Origin: Halocafeteria seosinensis
Taxonomy: Eukaryota
Reading direction: 5' to 3'
DNA length: 51,005 nt
Assembly: GCA_001687465.1 (NCBI GenBank)
Contig: LVLI01000680.1
Location: 1-51,005 of the forward strand
The translations under genes were made by a program, and so were the position numbers. Shown piece by piece: positions 11,502 through 23,477 of this stretch (position 1 is its first letter; each line of letters opens with the position of its first letter). Under the pieces are notes generated by a model. It saw only the letters and a program-made list of their open reading frames with translations. It did no database searches and was not told the origin of the DNA.

Positions 11502-13231
11502 ATGTCTAGTGTGTACAATACAGAGCCTCCTTGCTCCGGCAAAGTGGTGCTGCATACCACGTATGGCGATATACAGCTCGATTTATGGTCCAAGGAGGCC
11601 CCTCGAGCCTGCCGGAACTTTATACAGTTGTCCCTGGAGGGGTACTATGACAATACGATCTTCCACAGGATCATAAAGGACTTTTTAATCCAAGGAGGAG
11701 ACCCTACAGGCACTGGCACAGGAGGTGAATCCATCTATGGAGAGCCTTTTCGGGATGAAATACATACCAGGATCAGGTTCAATCACAGGTACGTCGTAGC
11801 AGAAGTACTCTGCGTCTGTGCACGGAACTGGGATGAAAGTTTCTGGAACTCTGCAGAGGCCAATTGGCCATGGCAAACGCCAATAAACCCCATACGAATA
11901 CGTCTCAATTTTTCATCACGTTATCCACGTGTGAATGGCTGAATAAGAAGCATACCATTTTCGGTACGGTCAGTGGGTCCACGATATTCAACGCACTTCG
12001 TATGGGAGAAGTGGAAACTGACAGTAACGACCGACCAGTTGAGCCACCACGACTAAAGAGTGTGGAAGTTTTAGATAATCCTTTTGATGACATTTTCCCA
12101 AGGTGAGTAAACTTGGGCAGTTCCAGTAAATAGAGAAGTCTGCTAATCCCTGGCCTTATGTTGTTTCTCTTTTTTCTTTATCTGCGACTTGGTTCTACTC
12201 GTTGCAGAGACATTTCCAAGCCAAAGCCAGAAGATCTAAAAGCACAGCAGGAAAGAGCCAAAGAAGAACGGAAAAAGAAAGAGTTCGACAAGAAATACAA
12301 AAAGAAAAAGCTATCGCTTTTGTCGTTTGGTGATGAGGAAGCGGAAGCTCCCGTGGAAAACACGGGAATGAAGAGTAGTCACGATATGCTGCAGGACGAC
12401 AAGAGATTGGCACCGAGTGAAGTTGAGAGCGGGAAGACCCAAAATGAGGATGAAGGAAAGCAGAAAAATTCAAACAAAGAGGAAGGAAAGGAACAAACAA
12501 CGAATAGCGAAGCCAGAAGCAGCGATAAATCAGTGCATAATGAGCCGGAAGATTTCGAAGAAAAAATGCGGAAAAAGATAGAGGCCAAAAAGGCTACTAC
12601 AGAGAAAAAGGGGACGTCTGAAGATGGCAATAATAAGAAAAGTATTGATGAAAGATATGAAGACTTTCGGAAATTGCTGAAACGGGAAGGTGATGAAAAG
12701 AAACGAGCGACTAAAGTCAAAGGCGCAGCGGCAGAAAATGAAGAACAGGCACAAAAACTATTGACCCCAGCGCAACAACTGCGGCGGAAGTATATTGATC
12801 GTAAGAGACAACATGGTTCCCGCGAAAAAGAAACACTCGAACGGTTAAACAAATTTAAGGCTTCTCTACAATCGGTTGCCAAAGATCCTTCTATAGAAGC
12901 TAAGTTAGACTCAGATAAGACAGAAGGATATCACGGCCAGGTACTGGAAGATGAAGGTGACGAAGAGGAAAACTCTTTCGAGTGGATGGCTGCGCAGCTA
13001 AAGCAACATAAGCACGTTGACGATGAATATAGGGCTGGTACCGAGATTGATGATGGGATGATGACTTATGATCCTGTGAGAGACAAGGAAAAGCCGGCTC
13101 CTGGTCCCGTTGAGTTCGGAAAGAATATGGGAGGAGGACCGCACGAGAAAGAGATGTCATCAAAACGCTCTCGTGGGTCTGAAAGGGAAAGTCGGGATCG
13201 CAGCAAGAAGCACAAGTCTGAACGCCCTTAG
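11502..13231 (+). CDS. CWC27: Spliceosome-associated cyclophilin CWC27
   Basis: [66 protein letters not shown], long charged tail with WMAAQL and YDP; two introns. Confidence 0.93.
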
Positions 13232-13388
13232 GGTAAGCAGCAGTTACGAAGCCTGGTTAATGGTTAACAGAGGGTACAGCCAGTGGTGCCATGACCTTTA
13301 TCGCAAGAGCCTTAGTGGATGTACTTGCAGTGTTGTTGTCACAAGCTAACCTGAACAACGTTGACACCGACTGTGTCACCGTTTGATT

Positions 13389-13890
13389 TTGCTGTGTAGC
13401 CCCTCGTACGAATTACTTTGCACCCGCGAACGTTGCGTCTCCTCGGAGATGCACTTGTCCTCTTTTGCTAATAAAACTCCTCACCATCCCGTGAGTTTTG
13501 CATGGCACGGATGTGTGCCTAAATTTGATCCAGGCACACAGCACTGCCTGACGGGCCCCAGTTGAGTCTTCAGCCCGCATCCGCAGGATAACTCACTTAG
13601 TTTGCATGCCCCATCGATCCTTTGTGTCCTTCTGGTTTATTTTCGTATAGCTCCAATAATCACTGCTTCATGGCAACGTAGTATCGTTACGCATGTGCGT
13701 AAGAGGGCTGTGCGGCAGGCTTCGAAAAGCCGTTAGAATTGGTAACTCTCGGTAGCCTAAAAGATTGATGCCTCCCCGGGGGCGGGGGCGGACTTACGGG
13801 GCTCAGCAGACTCTGACCAGAGCTACGAGGGCGGTGAACTTTGTCAGGCGTTTACGAGAGGCTTACCCACTCGTTTAGCGTAATTTTTGT
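13389..13890 (+). ncRNA. Putative ~500-nt structured non-coding RNA with 3' Sm-site-like motif, family unassigned
   Basis: Terminal helix 13398-13408/13853-13863 encloses several hairpins and a ~300-nt nested arm. Many pairings need G-U on the + strand. AATTTTTG at 13882-13889. No credible ORF. Confidence 0.5.
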
Positions 13891-13986
13891 CTCAATAAAT
13901 AGATCATTCAAATCACTACCGAGAGAACTCAGGTTACTTCTGATTTGTGTGAGGAAGTAGGATAATATTGAGGTGCAAACAGAAGC

Positions 13987-15359
13987 ATGTCTGGGCACTA
14001 TGCTCTGGGCGTCACCACGGGGATAGGAGCCACATTCTTGTCCGCCGCTGGTTTAACATTACAGAAATCGTCACACGTAAGTAGTATTTACATCTGGCTA
14101 TCTTGTGGTGGTGGCGGTATGACTGGTCACATCCTTGAATGCCCTTAAATCGGCCCTCAGAAACAACGGGATGCAACAGATCGAGCCAATCAGAAGGCCT
14201 ATTGGAAATACCCTCGTTTTTTATTAGGAGTATTTCTGATGCTTGTAGGAGCTCTCATGAGTGTTTGTAAGTCTTATGACTGTATTACCCGCTCGTGCTC
14301 GCGAGCACGGGAATTTACGGGAAGCGACGAATTTACTCCGTCTGCAGTAGTATTTGCGTTAATTGGACAAAGCGAAGCGTCTTCACTCGGAGCCTTAACG
14401 ATGGTCTGGAATGCCTTTTTGTCGTGGCGTTTTTTAGGAGAGGAATTCACCAGAATTGACGCGATCACAAACACACTCATGGTTTCGGGAACCATTATTG
14501 CGGTCTCCTTCCGGTATGCCTCGCGTTTGGAATGTTACAGATGTGTGGGAGTGATTTTTTCCGTGGCTAATTTATTTGCAGAGGCGCCTCCAAGGAGGAG
14601 AAACAAGATATCGATGTAGACGCCATTATTGAAGTCATGGACCGTGATGCTGTTTGGATCGGGAGTCTGATCATTGGCGCTGTTATGGCAGTCTGTCTTT
14701 ATTTTATATATGAGAAGCGAGATGCAGAGGTGACACTTCTATCTCCCAAGGAGAAATGGGCACTGTGTGGGGCCAAAGCATTTACAAGTGGTCTGTTCTC
14801 TGGAACTACAGGCTTCTGTACTAAAAGCACAATCGAAGTGGTTGGAACTGCTTTTTCACAACACCGTTGGGAAGAGTTCGAGCGATGGCAGTTTTGGATC
14901 ATCGCACTTTCGCTTCCAGTTTCCCTGATGTGCCAGATCGGCTTTTTAAATTCAGCCTTGCGGCAGTTTGATGCCATGATGGTGGTGCCAATTTATCAGT
15001 CCATGATAGTGCTCGCAGGGGTAGGGTTCGGCTGGTTATACTTTAATGAGGCTAGCGGACAGCCTACTATTTCGATAGTCATGTTTCTCATTGGGTGCTT
15101 GATAACAGTAACAGGGATCCTCCTTTTGGCCCTTAAAGTAATGGAGGATACCTCGAAACTAACGAAGAAAAAGAAGGACGCTGAAAATTGTTGCGCGGAT
15201 TTCATTGACGCAAGTGAAAGCACTCCGCTGCCTGAACCCGACGACATAAGGTCTGTTAGACTAAGAAACTACCTATTTTTTGTCTAGTTTTTCTTAGTGA
15301 CACAGTTGCTGTCTTTTCGATGCAGTGAAAAACAACGGCTCGTCAGCTATCCGAGGTAA
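13987..15359 (+). CDS. NIPA-type (DMT superfamily) Mg2+ transporter-like protein, multi-exon
   Basis: SAAGLTLQKSSH, SSLGALTMVWNAFLSWRFLGEEF, QIGFLNSALRQFDAMMVVPIYQ, GWLYFNE; last exon 15326-15359. Confidence 0.85.
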
Positions 15360-15545
15360 CAAGTGGATGAGGTAAATCCCGCGTCAAGGGGAGTCGAAGT
15401 ACACTCAACCCTATATAATGGGAAGGCGAGTGTGCCATGCTATCACCAGAAATAGACTGCGACTTGCTAACAATATCCGGAACATGCGGAAACTACACAC
15501 TTTTGAATTCTGGCCAAATGTGGGATTTAGTACATTTGGTTTCCA

Positions 15546-18500
15546 CTACTCATCCTCATCTCCTTCGGCTTGTTCAGCCTGCTGCTTACCGACTTCATTC
15601 AACATGGCCTCGTCAAAGTATTTGCTGACAGTAACGTCCTCGCTTAAGCCCTTTCTTCTTCGGGTTTTCACCATGAACTCTCGAGCAAGCTGTGTAGGAG
15701 TACTAGGTTCTAATGGTTTCAACACGATGCTGCTATCCAGAGGGTCTCCTGGAACCACGGCCCAATGATCAAATACTTGTAGCCCAAATGCTTGCCCCTG
15801 GGTATGCACACGGAGGTCCGTTTCAAAACCAAAGCTGTCCATTACTGGAATGTACCCCTGAGAACAGCACATCAAACAGAAACGAGTATCGAATGCACTT
15901 CTAGCCAGTGATTTCGTGATCATAGCTCTTACCTGAACTCTATAGAATGGAGAACCGGGGATAGGCGCGTCGTTGGTAATGTGACCTCGTCGGCGCGCAA
16001 GGACATTGTAGATAGCTTGAACGGCATCAGCAGGGCAGGTAATTTCCACTGAGTACACGGGCTCCATCAAACGAGGTGTGGCAAGCAAAAAGGAGCTGTA
16101 CAATACCCTTCTAGCAGTAGGGATTATCTGCCCACCCCCACGATGAATGGGTTCTTTCGCTACATTGGCGTCTAATAACTTGAACATGCAGTTTCGAATC
16201 GGTTCGTCGCATAAAGGTCCTTCACGACAACCCCATTGAAACCCTTGAACCACACTATCCTTGACGTTCTTCAACAACTTCTTATCGACTTCACCAGCAA
16301 GTGTATCGTCCCGTAAGATGTTTGGACCTTGCTGGGAAGGGCCAAAGGCCCAAACAGATCGAGCGGCCAAAATGTCCCAATTGTACGTCGTTTGAAAAAA
16401 ATTCGCTAACTGCGAACCAATGGCCAGGTAGCTACTATTACATAGCCAGCGGTGTACAAAGCAAATGTCGACTCACATACCTCTTTTGTACTCCAGTTCA
16501 TGTCCACCCTTCCACTTTCTATGTCATCCGCCATTCCCTTTTCCAACGGCTCAGCAATCATAGTCAAGCGATTCTTCTTATTGGGCGTTTCGGCGAAACA
16601 TTGCAGAGAAGAAGTCTCAAAGACGGTCTCGCAAAATGATGTTACTGGGTCAGCAACTTTTACTTCAACGCCACTATACATTTGCCGAAGGTCGTGTAAG
16701 ACGCAGTCCATTTGAAGTTCCCCCGTACCTGAATTGAGGAGCCCATTATTGCCCCAATAAGAAATACTTACAGAAAGTCTACGAGACAGCACTTACCAAT
16801 TATAACATGCTCTCCACTCTCCTCCACCTTTGTTTGCAGCAGAGGATAGCTCTTGCTAACACTCCTCAACCCGGTTAACACCTTGGGAAGTTCGGCCGGG
16901 TTTAGAGGTTCTATGGCCAATTTGACTACACTGACTGTGTCAAAAGGCAAAGGTCTAAAAATTGAAACGTCGTCCGATACGCCTCCTTCTTCCTCGGTGA
17001 CGGTTGCAGTTTTACTAATGTATTCATCAATACCCTCTAGCATCACCCAGTTCCCTGCTGGTACTCTATTAAGGTTCATTCTGTAACGAGATTGGCCAAC
17101 CGACACTGTTTTAATTATGCCTGAACTCATATCTTCATCATCATCTGGGCTGTAAGCCTCTCCTAGAACTTTGACTCGTTTTCCTGGTTCAACTGTCCCG
17201 CTTAGCACTCGACCGAAGGCGAAGAAAGACTTTGCTTCAGGGGTGCTATACAGTTTAACGATATTGACCATTAAGGGCCCATCCCGGTTGCATTCTCTCA
17301 TGCTCTTGGCTTCAGGTGATTCCATATCCCCCGTGTACGTCGTAGTTACCTTGTGCTCAGCGTTATCTGTCGGTGAAGGAACGTGTCTCGTTACCATATC
17401 AACGAATCCATTCGCTTTTCCAAGAAACTGAGCAAAGACTAATTTAAGAAGTGGCTGAGGGTCCATTCTTAGTTCCGACCTCCTCAGGCGAACGCCAATC
17501 TTAGACAAAATAGGCCTCAATGTATCAGGTTCTTCGCCAAGTACTTGCGAATATATCTTGTATATAGGTTCCAAAACAAATTCCACAAAACTACGGCGGG
17601 TATCTGAGTTGGGAGCATTCCTGACAAATTTCCTCGAATCCGGGTCAAACCATAAGTTGCCCCATAACCTTCTAGCGAACTTCACAGGGTCCAACTTTGT
17701 TCTGGTATACCATGCACAATATTTGTGCGCAAACGACTCGAGAGTGAAAATCCACGCATGTTGCGCTGACGCAAACGCCACATTGTTCTTCCGGGGATCC
17801 AAAATCTGTGGTTCTTCGCCAGTGCTTGCAGAGGATATGAGCCCATTGATTGCCTCAATCGTGTACAGTATTTTATAGTAGGCATCGCTCGGCGGGAGTT
17901 TAAGTTCGAGTATGAGACGATCAATCTTGTTAAGCACTAGTGTGATAGGGAGTCCCTGCTGCACTGCGTGTTTGATGACACGTTCAGTTTGAACCATAGG
18001 TCCTTCCAGAACATCCACCACTAGTACTACACCATCAGCTACGCGCATAGCAGCCACACTTTCGTCGCTAAAGTTGACATGCCCCGGCGCATCTATCATG
18101 TTCAATAAATAAGACTTGCTTTCGCTATTTTGGAGAACAAGCGATACAGGAGAGCTCTTTATCGAGACTCCACGCTCTTGCTCATCCTTGCGACTGTCTG
18201 TGTATCGTATCTGTTTTGACGGATCCCAGGAGATCTCATGTGTTTGCTCAATGAGTAAATCCATTATGCTAGTTTTCCCATGATGCAAATGACCAACAAA
18301 GGCCACATTCCTAATCAAATGTGGACTTGACATTAAAAGAGCTAAAAATTCAGATTTGTACTGCAATCGTAAATCGGGCATGGCGGTTTGACTCGCAAGT
18401 AACCCAAGCTCCTTGGTATTGCATACTTACAGTCGTTTTAGGGGTTTCCTTCTCCAGAACCGAGAATGTCTTAGTTTTGACAGGAGCAATTACTGGTTCT

Positions 18501-19091
18501 GAAATATCCTGTGTATCCTCTTCTTGTACAAGAGTTTCAGCCTCGGGGTACACTTCCTCAGCTTCGGGGTAGTATTTCTTATCTTCATGCAGTACGATTG
18601 AGCTCTCATACGCTCCTTCCTCCTGGCCATCGCCTTCGCCATGGCGCACCATTTGTGTATCATCATCTGGACGACCAGAAAAGCACCAAAATGGTGTATA
18701 AAAGCACGAAACATGCCATACATGGCTCCAGAGTCCAATTTCACAAGCCTCTTAAGGGTCCACTACATCATCCATACCTTTGTGTTGACCGTACTGTTGG
18801 GCTCCCTGGTTCCTCTGTTCCTGCTCGTCCTCCTCCTCTACCTCCTGGATTCATCAAAAGCACACAAAATAACACATGAAGCGATATATGCACCTATATC
18901 CAGCACAAACAAGACTGTGTTTCCCCTCGGTCATTGGATAGGGGTTGTCTCAGGGGCAATTGCTCCCCCTATTCTTTTTGTAATTTCCTTTAAGGGTGAC
19001 TAAGGGGACTTACGGAGCCACTTTCATCTTCATCCGAATCGGGCATAGGCCCGATGTAGTTCCCGAATTCATCATAGTTGGTGTCGTCCAT
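15546..19091 (-). CDS. EFTUD2: U5 snRNP 116-kDa EF2-like GTPase
   Basis: [15 protein letters not shown] start, [66 protein letters not shown]. Confidence 0.97.
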
Positions 19092-19375
19092 CGTTTTCGG
19101 CTTCTATTGGCGTCCACACAGAGCCCCTGCGACCTTTAGAAAACCCTGACAAAGCCTCGGTTCCAACGGCGCTGCCATCACGATTCCAGCTTCTGAAACT
19201 GAAACAATTGTTTGTCGTTTTCGATCGACCAGGATTCAAAAACCCAAGGGTTCGTGTATATCGAAACATTGTGCTCCTTTTGGTATTCTTAAGTCAGTTT
19301 CAGTTTGTCTGGATGTATATAGTGTAGCTATCCTTTTTTGTGAGGCTTTTTGGACCCAAGAAACACGCGAAAACA

Positions 19376-22034
19376 ATGGCGGATAGGGTAAGTGGCTGGT
19401 GAATGCTGCAGCTGCGGTTTGACCCCATCTTGGCTATTCTTGGACACCACGGAGCATGTTTGATGACGCATTGGCATTATATCAGATGTCATGAGACTAA
19501 TATCGTGCTACGCGTGTTGGATCAACGGGAATATGCTCCCAAAACGTGTTTTGGTCGGGGTCTATTTAGCCTTGTTCACCCTTATATTGGCTTCACTGAC
19601 GACCATTCACTGATTTTGTGCTTTCGTTTTCCTTTGCAGAACGTATTCAATGAGCAAGCTGAGGTTAACAAGGTATGTATACGCTTGTCTAGCTGACCCT
19701 CGCCCATGTGAGGCCGAGTTCAAAAGTCGAAATTCAAATGAGGGGACAAGAAACGACAAAAAGCATAAGGGACGCCAGCTCCCTAGAGCTGTGCCCCGGC
19801 ACGGCATCAGTGGGAATTTGAAGTCTGCGAGGGGAGCTGATTTTCATTTGAATTTGACCGAAAGCTACTTCTCAGTGAAGGAACTGTGTAAAATGAGTTT
19901 TGACTCACTGTGTCTATTGTGGGAATTACAGGGAGAAGGGGCTCGTCTCTCTTCCTTCGTTGGAGCGATTGCTATTGCTGACCTCGTCAAGACGACATTG
20001 GGACCGAAAGGCATGGACAAGATTCTACAATCGGTACGCTCGATATACGGCTTCGATTTGGTCCAGTAGAACGCTAAGTGAATAGACGCGATGCTGGAAA
20101 TAGTGCAGGTTGGCGAGAACCAGGAAATTCAAGTGACCAACGACGGTGCTACAATTCTCCAAAGTTGCGTGATCGATAACCCAGCCGCGAAATGCCTGAT
20201 TGACATTGCTAAGACTCAGGACGAAGAAGTTGGTGATGGAACTACCAGGTACGTCACTTTTGCAGTCGATCTGGTTTATGAACTTGCCTGATCTCTACAT
20301 TGGTTTCTCGCTGTCAACAGTGTAACCGTACTGGCCGGCGAGTTCCTGCGCGAAGCAGAGAAACTTATCAATATGCGCATTCATCCTATGCTTGTCGTAG
20401 ATGGCTTCCGGCGCGCTGCAGATGCTGCCCGCAAAGCGTTAGAACAGTCCTCTTTCGAATGCGTAAGCCAGGAGTACAATCAGGGTTTGGAAATAGAGGA
20501 AGTCTGCTAACTGTGCTACGTCTTCACTGCAGAAGACGGATGAGGAGTTCAAGGAAACGCTACGCAAAATTGCTAGAACTACCTTAAGCTCGAAACTACT
20601 TTCTCAGGAGCGAAATCATTTCTGTAAGGGGAAACTGTTTTGATTCATGCTGTTGAATACTGAAAATATATATTGCAATTCATGTGTTTGCCGCAGCTGA
20701 CCTCGCCGTAAACGCAGTCCTCAGAATTAGGGATCACCTCGACCTGGAGCAAATACAGATGATAAAGCGAACTGGTGGCAACTTGAGTGTAAGTGGTCCT
20801 ACGATCGTTTCAAAGCGCTATGCCCTCGTTAGCTCGCCAGGGAGCAGATCAGCTTAGTTCGTTCCCTCGGCACGTGTCCAAGCTCGTGGCTGTGAACGAG
20901 GGATATCGAGAGCGACTCGTCTGCACCTCGTGATGCTTTTAGATGTGGTTGCTATGGGGTTAGAATAGTCGCAATATCATGTTTCTTCTCTGCAGGACTC
21001 TTATCTAGAAGATGGATTTGTCTTGGATAAGAAAATCGGGGTTGGTCAGCCCAAAGAGATCAACAACGTGAGTATAAAAGAGCACAATGGTAGTCTTGCA
21101 CAGTGTGGAATTAACAGCATACATACTGCAGGCAAATATTCTCATAGCAAACACCCCTATGGACACAGACAAGATCAAGATATTTGGATCTCGTGTGCGT
21201 GTTGACAGCATGGCGAAGGTGGCTGACATTGAATCAGCAGAGAAGGAGAAAATGAGGAAGAAGTGCATGAAAATCATTGATCATGGTATCAACGTCTTCA
21301 TTAACAGGCAGCTTATCTACAATTTCCCGGAACAAATATTCGCTGAGAATAATGTAATGGCCATTGAACACGCGGATTTTGAGGGTGTGGAGCGTCTTGC
21401 TGGTGTAACCGGTGGTGAAATTACTTCCACTTTTGATCATCCAGAGATGGTAAAACTAGGTCACGCCAACAAGATTGAAGAGATTATTATTGGGGAAGAC
21501 AGAATGATCCGGTTCTCCGGCTGCCAAGGTGGCTCTTCATGCTCTATCATTCTAAGAGGATCTTCCAAACACATGTTGGACGAAGCGGAACGGTCCATGC
21601 ACGATGCCTTATGTGTATTACAACAAACAGTAAGAGAACCCCGAATGACATACGGGGGTGGTGCCGCCGAAATACTCATGTCGAATGCCGTTGAAGAGGA
21701 AGCCAAGAAGACACCGGGAAAACGACAACTCGCTATGGAAGGATTCGCTCGTGCCTTGCGTCAGTTACCAACAATTGTTGCGGACAATGCTGGATACGAT
21801 AGTGCCGAGCTAGTGTCTCAGGTTAAAGCTGCCCACAATGCCGGTGACAACCAAGCGGGTATTAACATTCGTAGCGGAGGAGTTGGTAATATGAAGGAAC
21901 TTGGAATCGTGGAGCCATATAAACTGAAGTTACAAATGCTTATGAGCGCTGCTGAAGCTGCAGAGATGGTATTACGTGTTGACGACATTGTCAAATGTGC
22001 ACCTCGGCAGAGAGGAAGTCAGCAATGTATGTAA
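19376..22034 (+). CDS. CCT2: T-complex protein 1 subunit beta (CCT2), with many introns, three of them >200 nt
   Basis: [88 protein letters not shown]. Confidence 0.97.
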
Positions 22035-22179
22035 ACGTGCCGTGTAAGAGGCGTTCTTCGAGCAGAATATCACAAAGCCTTCCGTCTGCCGCCGAAATTT
22101 GTTGTGCAGAAAGTACTTGCTATTATTGTTTCATGCTGTTGTGTGTAAATTTAGCTCAAATTGAATTCAGCAGTATGTT

Positions 22180-23117
22180 TTATTTTCTTAGATTCTTCAA
22201 CCGTTGCTCGAGATCTGACATAGCCGGATCTGCGGAGGGAGCGTCTTGAGAGGATCCTGTATTATCACCGGAGGAGGCTGCAGCCCCCTGCCCTTCAGCC
22301 ATGGGAACTTGTTTGCGCTCTTCTTTTCCCTGCGGTTGTTTGCTTGCAGACCCCTCGGGAGCACTTGGAGCTTCTTGCATCGTAGAAATATTCAATTCCG
22401 ACAGTACTTGACTGACCATTTCCTCTTGCTCTTCTTCGTCCCCTTCTTCCTCCATAACATCATCTATGGCATCACCCATCATTTCTTGTCCCATTTCCAT
22501 CTTTTCTGAATTCATCTGGAACTGTCTTATCACATTCTGTAACTGCGGCATGTTCATTTGTTTGCTCATCCTAATCATTGCCTGCGTGGCTCCTTGCATG
22601 GCTCGCGACATCGCTTCAGTTGACGACATTGTCTGTATCAGGAAACGCAAAAACAGTTATGGAGTTTCACTAATCCATTTCCCGTCGCTAGGGGATTCTT
22701 ACCTGTATTTGTGTCTGGACACCTTGTAGCTGCGCTAAGATCGGGAAAATATGTATCCTCGAGAAAAAAGGTTACCGCAAGCTCCACTCTAACTTACCTG
22801 TGACCTCATGTTATAAAATTTGTCTATATTGTTCTTTGTGCGAACATAGTCCTTGGCCATAACTCTAACAGGGCCCTGCAGAGGTGAAACGACGTGTATA
22901 TGAAGCAATAGGAGACCCCAAGATGAAGACATTCGGACTTCAACCGACGTACTGTTTGCCCTTCCTTCGCGTATCGTCGCATATCTTGCTCCAGCTGCTT
23001 CTTTTGCCGCTCCATACGAGTACGCTCACGGTCTATCTCACGAATACCGCGTCGTATCTGCTTCTTATTCTCTCGTATTTGCTCCTCGAGCGTGGGTTTG
23101 GCTGCCTGATTTCCCAT
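22180..23117 (-). CDS. VPS2: ESCRT-III subunit CHMP2/Vps2 (Snf7 family), multi-exon
   Basis: IRENKKQIRRGIREIDRER, AMQGATQAMIRMSKQMNMPQLQ, EMMGDAIDD, C-terminal MIM-like DLEQRLKNLRK. Confidence 0.92.
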
Positions 23118-23477
23118 AGCCTTTTTCTCTGTTTTCCTATTTCTCCACCACCAGTTACAAGGTCAATACCAGGACCTATTTCATTAGTCTTACCATATCT
23201 ACCTCAGAAATCAACATATACGCAGTGAAACATGCATATAAGCTCGTCGCTTAGCTCGATAACCAGGACCAACTCCAAGTTGAAGTTGACTTCAACATAG
23301 AGCTGGGAAGTAATACAGTATATTATTAGTTACTTAGTTACTTCAAGCCTTCCGAAGTATCAAGGCTTGATACTGCGCTCGTCATACCATGAATGACCCT
23401 CACATGGTTGATAGTATGATAGTATTTTGTCTATAGTTCATTTTGGTGGTAGTGGAAGTCTTTGAGAAGACGGAAAC

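Noticed and set aside
13343..13480. GCTAACCTGAACAAC and TGCTAATAAAAC resemble parts of U4atac and U4
   Set aside because: The 5' sequences that must pair with U6atac or U6 are absent.
13788..13813. ACGGGGCTCA resembles RNase MRP conserved region V
   Set aside because: No upstream GAAAGTCCCC partner for helix P4, and the segment pairs well within the long arm instead.
19800..19840. CTGCGAGGGGAG recalls the 3' end of a TPP riboswitch
   Set aside because: No CTGAGA or ACCTGAT core, and the host gene is unrelated to thiamine.
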